NCBI GenBank assembly: GCA_031276855.1
Contig: JAISMH010000015.1
Span: 1-19,757 of the forward strand
Direction: 5' to 3'
DNA length: 19,757 nucleotides
DNA from: Synergistaceae bacterium
Lineage (GTDB): Bacteria; Synergistota; Synergistia; Synergistales; Aminobacteriaceae
Below are positions 8,459 through 15,006 of the stretch, one piece after another; positions within the stretch are counted from its first letter, which is position 1; each line of letters starts with the position of its first letter. The translations under genes were made by a program, and so were the position numbers. The notes beneath the pieces were generated by a model, which saw nothing but the letters and a program-made list of their open reading frames with translations, searched no databases and was not told the origin of the DNA.

Positions 8459-8657
8459 CACTTCGGCGTTGCTTTGGGGTTCCGCGCCGAAACGTGAACG
8501 TGAAGAGTTTTTTCGGCGGCGCCGGCAAGAAGAACGGGAGCAGTACGAAAAACACGGAAGCGGCCGGAAACGCAGGGAAAATTTCCGGCAGAAGCCGAAA
8601 AAGGCTGAAAGTTTTGTTTGAATTTCAGAGAATCTTAGGTAAGCGAGGGGTTGCAGC

Positions 8658-9020
8658 ATGGGCAAAAAGGTTCTGATAGTGGATGACGCTGCCTTTATGC
8701 GTATGATGTTGAAGGATATTCTCCAGAAACACAGTTTCGAGATTGTGGGAGAAGCAGAAAACGGAAAGCTCGGGGTTGCGGCCTATCAGAAATACAAGCC
8801 CGACATCGTGACGATGGATATAACGATGCCGGAAATGAACGGCATCGACGCCGTAAAGGCCATCAAGACGCTGGATCCTGCCGCGAAGATCGTGATGGTC
8901 TCCGCGATGGGACAGCAGCCGATGGTCATCGAGGCCATTCAGGCGGGCGCCAACGACTTCATCGTCAAGCCCTTCCAACCGGAGCGCGTGATCGAGGCCA
9001 TTTCCAAAGTCTTGGGTTAA
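8658..9020 (+). CDS. cheY: Chemotaxis response regulator CheY (single REC domain, 120 aa).
   Basis: KVLIVDDAAFMRMML…DIVTMDITMPEMNGIDAVKAIK…KIVMVSAMGQQ…AGANDFIVKPF. All REC catalytic residues are present (DD, D-phosphoacceptor in TMDI, T/S, K). SD GCGAGGGG 7 nt upstream. Confidence 0.92.
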   Translation: MGKKVLIVDDAAFMRMMLKDILQKHSFEIVGEAENGKLGVAAYQKYKPDIVTMDITMPEMNGIDAVKAIKTLDPAAKIVMVSAMGQQPMVIEAIQAGANDFIVKPFQPERVIEAISKVLG

Positions 9021-9151
9021 AAACGGGAATTTTGGGTTAAAGCCGAAAGTTTTGGGTTGAAACCGAGGGTTCCGGGTAAAATCCAATAGTTCCGGATCGA
9101 GCCCAAAGTTTCGGGCTGAATTCGAGATTCCGGGTTGGACTGCCGAAGGGG
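9012..9151. repeat. Degenerate tandem array with a 20-bp period and 7 units (consensus about YYGGGTTRAARCCGARRGTT). It starts inside the last codons of cheY and fills the cheY-fliO spacer.
   Basis: Units at 9012, 9032, 9052, 9072, 9092, 9112 and 9132. The first three begin TTGGGTTAA, TTGGGTTAA and TTGGGTTGA, and identity decays towards fliO. Confidence 0.8.
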
Positions 9152-9197
9152 TGGCTGAGCTACGGGGGAAGTCGGTTTTACCGCTTATATTACGCGT

Positions 9198-9461
9198 ATG
9201 GCTCTGGCTCTTGCGGTGATGGCTGTCATTGCGGTCGCCGCTGTTCGTTTTGTCAAAAGCGGAGCCCGCGGAGGGCGGAGCGGGGCGCGTGTCGAAGTTA
9301 TGGCATCCTTGCCTTTGGGTAAGGATGTTTTTTTCGTTCTGCGGTGCGGTCCCGAGGTTTTTGCCCTGACATCCGGGCACGCGGGGACTCATCTGATAGG
9401 CAGGTGGAAATATGAAGAATGGCTTCGATGGGAAGAAAAGGAGAAGGCTTGCGAAAGCTGA
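9198..9461 (+). CDS. fliO: Flagellar biosynthesis protein FliO (FliZ of Bacillus), short form.
   Basis: One TM helix (LALAVMAVIAVAAV) followed by RVEVMASLPLGKDVFFVLRCGPEVFALTSGHAGTHLIG. This matches the FliO core (…ERVPLGPRESLVLVEVGGRVLVLGVT…). Its position between cheY and fliP is conserved. An in-frame stop at 9156 bounds the start, and the SD is weak. Confidence 0.55.
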   Translation: MALALAVMAVIAVAAVRFVKSGARGGRSGARVEVMASLPLGKDVFFVLRCGPEVFALTSGHAGTHLIGRWKYEEWLRWEEKEKACES

Positions 9462-10245
9462 GTCATTTTTCTTCTTCTGCTTTTTGACCGGTCTCGTCCT
9501 CGCGGTCTTTTTTGCCGCTTCGCCCGCCGAAGCCGCTTTTGTCGAGGAAGCGCCGAGAATACCCATTCCGCTTCTGCAGTTGGGCGTCGTCCCGGCGGAC
9601 TCCCCGCAGGATGTCGCCGTTTCCTTGCAGATACTGGCTCTTTTGACGGTGCTGACCCTGGCCCCGGCCATTTTGCTGATGCTGACGAGCTTCACGCGGA
9701 TCGTCGTGGTGCTGGGGTTCATTCAGCGCGCGATCGGTCTCCAGCAGTCGCCGCCCCAGCAGACCATCGTCAGCCTCGCCCTCTTCCTCGCCCTCTTCAC
9801 GATGTATCCGACGTGGAACCGCATCTACGAGAACGCCCTCGCCCCCTATCTGGCGAAGGAGATCGACTCCCCGCGGGCGTGGACGGAGACGATCACGCCC
9901 CTGAGGGAGTTCATGTTCCGTTACACCCGTCAGGAGGAGCTGTCCCTGATGGTCTCCATGGCGAACCTCGAACGCCCGGAGAACCGGGAGGAGGTTCCGA
10001 CGCGGGTTCTGATCCCCGCTTTCATGCTGAGCGAGCTCAAGACCGCTTTTCAGATGGGCGTGGTGATCTACATTCCCTTCATCATCGTGGACATGATCGT
10101 GTCGAGCGTCCTTTTGGCGATGGGCATGATGATGCTGCCCCCCATGATGATTTCTCTGCCGTTCAAGATCCTGCTCTTCGTGATGGCCGACGGCTGGAAC
10201 CTCGTCGTCGTGAGCCTTCTCAAGAGCTTCACGAACGTGCCGTAA
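9412..10245 (+). CDS. fliP: Flagellar type III export apparatus protein FliP.
   Basis: Signal peptide, then the conserved LTLAPAILLMLTSFTRIVVVLGFIQRAIGLQQSPP and C-terminal YIPFIIVDMIVSSVLLAMGMMMLPP motifs. AGGTGGA SD. Overlaps the 3' end of fliO by 50 nt. Confidence 0.92.
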   Translation: MKNGFDGKKRRRLAKAESFFFFCFLTGLVLAVFFAASPAEAAFVEEAPRIPIPLLQLGVVPADSPQDVAVSLQILALLTVLTLAPAILLMLTSFTRIVVVLGFIQRAIGLQQSPPQQTIVSLALFLALFTMYPTWNRIYENALAPYLAKEIDSPRAWTETITPLREFMFRYTRQEELSLMVSMANLERPENREEVPTRVLIPAFMLSELKTAFQMGVVIYIPFIIVDMIVSSVLLAMGMMMLPPMMISLPFKILLFVMADGWNLVVVSLLKSFTNVP

Positions 10246-10257
10246 GGGGGCGGGCTC

Positions 10258-10533
10258 ATGGACATCGTTCCGATCAACATGTTCGACATCTTAAACGAGG
10301 CGGTCTGGACGATGCTCCTCGTCACCATGCCCATTCTTCTGGTGGCGATGGGCGTGGGGCTCATTATCGGCATCGTGCAGACGGCGACGTCCATTCAGGA
10401 GCAGACGCTGATCTTCATCCCGAAGATTTTGGCCGTGTTTTTGTTCATCATCCTCGTCGGGCCCTGGATGGCCGACAAGATTCTGGGCATCACTCGGGAA
10501 ATTCTGGGGCACCTCGAGAGGTTCATTCAATGA
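10258..10533 (+). CDS. fliQ: Flagellar export apparatus protein FliQ.
   Basis: 91 aa with two TM segments. LLVTMPILLVAMGVGLIIGIVQTATSIQEQTLIFIPKILAVFL is the FliQ signature. Confidence 0.9.
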   Translation: MDIVPINMFDILNEAVWTMLLVTMPILLVAMGVGLIIGIVQTATSIQEQTLIFIPKILAVFLFIILVGPWMADKILGITREILGHLERFIQ

Positions 10534-10570
10534 ATCCAGTAAATCCAATGAATCCAGTAAATCCGATGAG
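10528..10570. repeat. 18-bp tandem repeat CAATGAATCCAGTAAATC, 2.4 copies, at the fliQ stop and in the fliQ-fliR spacer.
   Basis: Copies at 10528-10545 and 10546-10563 are perfect. A partial third copy is CGATGAG. Confidence 0.9.
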
Positions 10571-10590
10571 CCCGGTTTGGAGGCCGAACC

Positions 10591-11388
10591 TTGCAGGGGC
10601 TTGAGATTCCCGCGCAGCTTCTGGTGGTGTACTGTCTGGTGCATCTTCGGTTCGTGGGCATGATGTTCACGTTTCCCCTGTTTTTCACGACGGCGAGCCC
10701 CGTTCCCTTCCGGTTTCTTTGCGCCGTTTTCCTGACCGTGACCGCGGCGGGCACTCTGGCGGAGAGCGGGGAGGATTTCGCCGTCTCCATGGTTCTCCTC
10801 GAAAGCTGGGTGCCGCTTCTGCTGATGGCCCTGCGCGAGCTCTTCATCGGCGCGGCCCTCGGTCTCCTCGCGGCCCTGCCTCTGGTGGCGCTCCAGGTCT
10901 CGGGGGAGCAGGTGAGCATGGCGATGGGGCTCTCCATGGCCAGCGTGATGGACCCCCTGATGGACCGCCAGACCTCCATCATCGGGCAGCTTCAGTTTCT
11001 GATCGGGCTGTGGTTCTATTTCCGCTGGAACGGCCACCTTCTGCTGATTCAGGCGGTCGTGGAAAGCCTGCGCCTTCTCCCGCCGGGGAGGCTCTCCTGG
11101 ATTCCCGCGGGGGACCTGTCGTTCGGGGATTGGCTCTCGGCGGTTTTCGACCTGGCGGCGAAGATCGTCGTTCCTTTTTACTGCGCCCTCCTGCTGGCGG
11201 ATGTCGGGCTGGGGTTTCTGGCGCGGACCGTTCCCCAGATGAACATTTTCATTTTGGGCCTGCCCGTGAAAATCGCGCTGGGGTTCTTCGTCCTGGCGAT
11301 CGTTCTGCCCCTGGCCGTGGAGATCGTCTACGCGCATCTGGAGCGGTGGGTCGAGTTCGCCCTGCAAAGCTCGATGGTCTGGCGCTGA
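10591..11388 (+). CDS. fliR: Flagellar export apparatus protein FliR.
   Basis: Polytopic membrane protein. ALRELFIGAALGLLAALPLVALQVSGEQVSMAMGLSMASVMDP is typical of FliR. TTG start with GGAGG SD at 10579-10583 (7-nt spacing). Confidence 0.88.
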   Translation: MQGLEIPAQLLVVYCLVHLRFVGMMFTFPLFFTTASPVPFRFLCAVFLTVTAAGTLAESGEDFAVSMVLLESWVPLLLMALRELFIGAALGLLAALPLVALQVSGEQVSMAMGLSMASVMDPLMDRQTSIIGQLQFLIGLWFYFRWNGHLLLIQAVVESLRLLPPGRLSWIPAGDLSFGDWLSAVFDLAAKIVVPFYCALLLADVGLGFLARTVPQMNIFILGLPVKIALGFFVLAIVLPLAVEIVYAHLERWVEFALQSSMVWR

Positions 11389-11436
11389 ACGGGCCCGGCC
11401 CCCGTCAAGCGAATCCGGCAATATCGGCGTCGGCGG

Positions 11437-11500
11437 TATAAATTCGGTGGATATAAATTCGATGGCTATAAATTCGATGAATATAAATCCCGTGACTGAA
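11437..11500. repeat. 15-bp tandem repeat TATAAATTCGATGRN, 4 copies plus degenerate extras, in the fliR-flhB spacer.
   Basis: Units at 11437, 11452, 11467 and 11482. Each carries a TATAAAT box and an in-frame ATG or GTG. Confidence 0.9.
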
Positions 11501-11530
11501 TCGAGCGATATGAATTCTCGGCGGCCGTCG

Positions 11531-12631
11531 ATGAAAACAATCCCCCGTTTCGTTTTCGACATTCAATTCTTCGCCCAGGAGCGCACGGAGGCGGCGACGC
11601 CCAAGAAGCGCCAGAAGGTGCGCTCCGAGGGGAAGGTCTGCAAAAGCCGCGACCTGACCGCCGCCGTCGAAATTCTGACGGGCCTCGTGGGGCTCGTGAT
11701 GTTCGGGCCCTCGATCTTCGGCGGGCTCATCGACTATTTCCGCGAGATGATCGGGGTTCTGGGGGAGGAATCGCTTCTGCGGGCTGGCTGGTTTTACCGC
11801 CTGGAGTTCACGGCGCTCCGGGCCTACTTCGGCGCCTGGCTCCTGCCGGGGCTCCTCATCGCGGCCTTCACCACGGCCGTGACGGTCTATCAAATCGGCT
11901 GGGTCATCAGCTTCGAGCCTTTCAAATTCGACTTGAACCGCCTGAACCCCGTCTCCGGCATGAAAAAGATCATCTCCCTGCGCTCTCTCGTGGAGCTGCT
12001 GAAGGGGCTTCTGAAGGCCTCCCTCTTCGTCCTCGTCATCTATATCGCCATGCGGGACAAACTGCCCGCCGCCGTGTACGCGATGCAGCTTTCGATGGCG
12101 GCAGGGGCCCTGCTCTTCTGGAACCTGCTGTGGGACCTCTCGATGCGGCTGGCCGCGATGCTTTTGGTCATGGCGCTCGTGGACTACCTGTACCAAAAGT
12201 GGGATTATGAAAAGTCCATACGGATGAGCAAGCAGGAGGTCAAGGAAGAGTTCAAGCAGATGGAGGGCGACCCTCAGATCAAAAGCAAGATCCGCCAGAA
12301 ACAGCGGGAGCTCGCGAAGAAGAGAATGATGTCCTCCGTGCCCAAGGCGGACGTGGTCATCACGAACCCCACCACCCTGGCGATCGCTTTGGTGTACGAC
12401 CGCAAAATCATGGCCGCGCCTCAAATCACGGCGAAGGGCAAGGGCTTCGTCGCCCGGAAGATCCGCGAGCTGGCCGCGGCGCACGGGGTCCCCGTCATCG
12501 AAAACAAACCCCTAGCCTGGGCGCTTTACGAGTCCGCCGATGTGGGGGACGAGGTGCCGGAGAACCTCTACCGCGGCGTCGCCGAAATTCTGGCGATGGT
12601 CTACAAACTCGCCGGAAAACAGCCGTCTTAG
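11531..12631 (+). CDS. flhB: Flagellar export switch protein FlhB.
   Basis: N-terminus MKTIPRFVFDIQFFAQERTEAATPKKRQKVRSEGKVCKSRDL parallels Bacillus FlhB (MKLRVDLQFFAGEKTEKATPKKR…). The C-terminal autocleavage region contains NPTTLAIALVY, which carries the NPTH-like motif. The track ORF extends in-frame upstream to GTG 11447 through the 15-bp repeats. ATG 11531 is preferred by homology. Confidence 0.9.
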   Translation: MKTIPRFVFDIQFFAQERTEAATPKKRQKVRSEGKVCKSRDLTAAVEILTGLVGLVMFGPSIFGGLIDYFREMIGVLGEESLLRAGWFYRLEFTALRAYFGAWLLPGLLIAAFTTAVTVYQIGWVISFEPFKFDLNRLNPVSGMKKIISLRSLVELLKGLLKASLFVLVIYIAMRDKLPAAVYAMQLSMAAGALLFWNLLWDLSMRLAAMLLVMALVDYLYQKWDYEKSIRMSKQEVKEEFKQMEGDPQIKSKIRQKQRELAKKRMMSSVPKADVVITNPTTLAIALVYDRKIMAAPQITAKGKGFVARKIRELAAAHGVPVIENKPLAWALYESADVGDEVPENLYRGVAEILAMVYKLAGKQPS

Positions 12632-12752
12632 GGCCGTTTTCAGCCGCGGCGGATCTGCTTGGACGAGCCCTCTAATCGTTCACAAAGTTCTTGCGCGGAA
12701 GTCCCGCCGTATTGTAAGATAAAAATACATTATACACGGGGAGAGGGTCGTC

Positions 12753-14015
12753 ATGCGGAGAGCGGGAAGAAAAACGGATTCATGGGAGTTCCTGAAATTA
12801 AGGAAGCTCTTGAATTTCCTGAGGTTCATTAAATTTGCGGCGTGTTTTCTCTTCCTGTTTTCCCATCCCGCTCTCCCCGCTTTTTGCGCCGAGGCCGACA
12901 CGTCCCTTTGGACGTGGGACGTGCTGGTCATTCCCCCCGACGAGGGCTGGCAGAGCGAGAAAGGTCTTTCCGTTCAAAATGCGCTCCAATGGCACGCGGC
13001 CGAAATCTCGGAGAGCGGAGCCGGCATTCGGGGTCATGACCTCCGATTCGTCTTTCTCCCGCCCCTGACGGAGGACTCCGCGCGGAGTTTCGCCCTTCCC
13101 AACGACCCCCGCGCCGTCGCCGTCATGAGCTTCGCGTCGAACCCCGTGGACAGGGCGCTGGCGGATAGAGAACTGGCCGGCCGCTCCGCGGGAAGCGGGC
13201 TTCCCCTCTTCCTGGCCGGCGGAGAAAACGTTTCCCTCTTCGAGGGGAGCCGTCCTGTCCCGCGGCTTTTCGCCCTCGACCTTTTTCGGGACTACCGCTG
13301 TCAGGCTTTCGCGGATTACGCGTCGAAAATCGCGGCAAAAGACGCCCGGGTGGGCGTCATGGGCGCGCGGTTCACGCTCAACGAGGAACGCGAGGCCAAA
13401 ATTTGCTTCGACCTCTTCTCGGAAGCGGGTTTCATGCCCATGCCCTACTGGGTGGACGCCTCCGTGAGGGACTCCTTCTCCATGGTCGAACAGGAGATCG
13501 TCGACTACAGCAACGGCATTCTCATCAGCTACATCGGGAGCATGGGCACGAAGGAAATCTGGCGCGGCATCATGGGACACCAGTCCCCTTACCGGATCTG
13601 GTACGGCGGGGTTCCCGACAAATCCTTCCTTTCTTATAGAGGCATGATCTTCGCCGATCAGAACATGTATCTGGACGCGCTGGGGGGCTTTGAGCGGCTG
13701 AAGCGCGACCTGTGGTCGTCGCGCGCCCTGTCCGCCCCGGACAAGGTCGCGGCGGGGCGGGCCAACGCCCTCGCGTTCTGGCTGATTCAGGCCCTGAAGG
13801 CCCTTCCGGGCGATTTGGACAGCATCGACAGGAACGCGCTGCTTTCCCTTCTGGCCGAAGCGCGGGACATTCCCTTCGGCTCCCAGACGCTGAATATCGA
13901 CCGGGACACCCACCGCCCCGGAACGCGGCGGGTCTTCATCATGGAAATGCGCAACAGGAGCTTTTTTGTCCTGGACACCCTCGGCGTGCGGGGACTGAAA
14001 CACCGCGGCGATTGA
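12753..14015 (+). CDS. Secreted periplasmic-binding-protein-like protein (type I PBP fold, LivJ-like), Sec signal peptide. No adjacent ABC permease or ATPase.
   Basis: N-terminal hydrophobic signal sequence (FLRFIKFAACFLFLFSHPALPAFCAEA). Alternating beta-alpha pattern: VLVIPPDEGWQ…, VGVMGARFTLNEE…, ILISYIGSMG…. GGGGAGAGGG SD 6 nt upstream. The family assignment is by pattern only. Confidence 0.55.
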   Translation: MRRAGRKTDSWEFLKLRKLLNFLRFIKFAACFLFLFSHPALPAFCAEADTSLWTWDVLVIPPDEGWQSEKGLSVQNALQWHAAEISESGAGIRGHDLRFVFLPPLTEDSARSFALPNDPRAVAVMSFASNPVDRALADRELAGRSAGSGLPLFLAGGENVSLFEGSRPVPRLFALDLFRDYRCQAFADYASKIAAKDARVGVMGARFTLNEEREAKICFDLFSEAGFMPMPYWVDASVRDSFSMVEQEIVDYSNGILISYIGSMGTKEIWRGIMGHQSPYRIWYGGVPDKSFLSYRGMIFADQNMYLDALGGFERLKRDLWSSRALSAPDKVAAGRANALAFWLIQALKALPGDLDSIDRNALLSLLAEARDIPFGSQTLNIDRDTHRPGTRRVFIMEMRNRSFFVLDTLGVRGLKHRGD

Positions 14016-14164
14016 GTTTTAAGCTCAGGGGGGCGGAGCCAACAAAGAAAGTAAGCGATTCGCACAGCTCCTTCGTCGCTGGCTCTCTGCTTATCGTTCG
14101 CCCAAAAGCGGGCTCACTGGCCCCCCCGAACCCCCCTGTTTATTTAATTCGGAGGTCTTTTTTC

Positions 14165-14929
14165 ATGGAAGCAGGCGATATGACTACAGGCGTTGCGGAA
14201 CGGCTGGCGGAGTGCCTGAAAAAGAAGAAAACCGACTGCGTGACGCTGGGGAGCCTGCCCGTTTCGCTGAAAAGGCTGCTGACGGGGAAACCCAGGCCCG
14301 CCGCCGCCGAGCTCGAAAAATGCGCCACCCCGCACCTCGGGGAAAACCTGATGCTGAAACGGAGCGGGCGGTACGTTTACCTCGCGCTCCGGCAGCCCGA
14401 CGAGTCGCTGCTGCTCGGCATCCTTCGGAAGAGGGCCGGGAAGAGCCCCAGCGCGAACAACACCCCCTTCAGGAAAGAAGAATTCATCGCCGTCCTGAAC
14501 CGCCTGATCGAGCAGGGAAAAATCCTTGTCAGGCTCAACAAAGACTGCAAACCCCTCCTTTTCCCGATTCCGGCCCGGAGCCCGGAGGCCCCGGCCGGAG
14601 CGGAAAAAGCGGGCCTGAACGCAAATCTGAATATAAATCAGAATGCAAATCAGGAAGCGGGGCGGGAGAGCGTTTCCGCGGAGCGGTTCGAGAGCGCGTA
14701 CCGGGAGCTGGAAGGGGGGAAGTTCTTTGTCCGCGTCTGCGACCTCCGCCGCCGTCTGGGCTGGGGGCGGAAGGAGTTCGACGGGACGGCGGCCGCGCTT
14801 CGGGACGCGGGGAAAATCCAGCTGCAGTCCGGGGACACCGCCTACTTCAGCGAGCGGGACATCGCGGACAGCTTCATCGACGAGAACGGCTTTCGGATGC
14901 TCACCCTGATGTGGCTCGGGCGGACGTAG
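14165..14929 (+). CDS. Hypothetical protein (254 aa) with two globular halves separated by an Ala/Asn-rich linker. Each half resembles a winged helix.
   Basis: GGAGG SD 9 nt upstream of ATG 14165. GC3-rich codon usage typical of this genome. No recognisable catalytic motif. Linker …PARSPEAPAGAEKAGLNANLNINQNANQEAG…. Confidence 0.55.
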   Translation: MEAGDMTTGVAERLAECLKKKKTDCVTLGSLPVSLKRLLTGKPRPAAAELEKCATPHLGENLMLKRSGRYVYLALRQPDESLLLGILRKRAGKSPSANNTPFRKEEFIAVLNRLIEQGKILVRLNKDCKPLLFPIPARSPEAPAGAEKAGLNANLNINQNANQEAGRESVSAERFESAYRELEGGKFFVRVCDLRRRLGWGRKEFDGTAAALRDAGKIQLQSGDTAYFSERDIADSFIDENGFRMLTLMWLGRT

Positions 14930-14937
14930 CCCGGAGG

Positions 14938-14979
14938 AACGGGGCGCGTTCCACGCCGCCCCGTTAATTTGAAATTTTG
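14938..14979 (+). terminator. Candidate intrinsic terminator or attenuator between the 254-aa gene and the NTPase gene.
   Basis: 9-bp GC-rich stem AACGGGGCG/CGCCCCGTT (14938-14946 pairs with 14957-14965) with a 10-nt loop, followed by AATTTGAAATTTTG. The T-tract is interrupted. Confidence 0.35.
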
Positions 14980-15006
14980 AACCTGAGTGTTTTTCTGGAG
15001 ATGAAA

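Noticed and set aside
8397-8676. ORFs 8397..8621 and 8494..8676 in the fliY-cheY spacer.
   Set aside because: Translations are highly basic and low-complexity (RRRRQEEREQYEKHGSGRKRRENFRQKPKK). The second overlaps the cheY start. The region has better support as a structured non-coding leader.
9012-9151. Possible CRISPR array, given the regular 20-bp periodicity.
   Set aside because: The units are contiguous degenerate repeats with no unique spacers. The repeat length is far below CRISPR repeat size, and there is no leader or cas gene.
12632-12752. Sigma-70 promoter TTGCGC-N18-TAAGAT upstream of the PBP-like gene, and a terminator after flhB.
   Set aside because: The hexamers are weak and the spacing is only marginal. 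There is no convincing stem-loop plus U-tract after the flhB stop. Neither is supportable from sequence alone.
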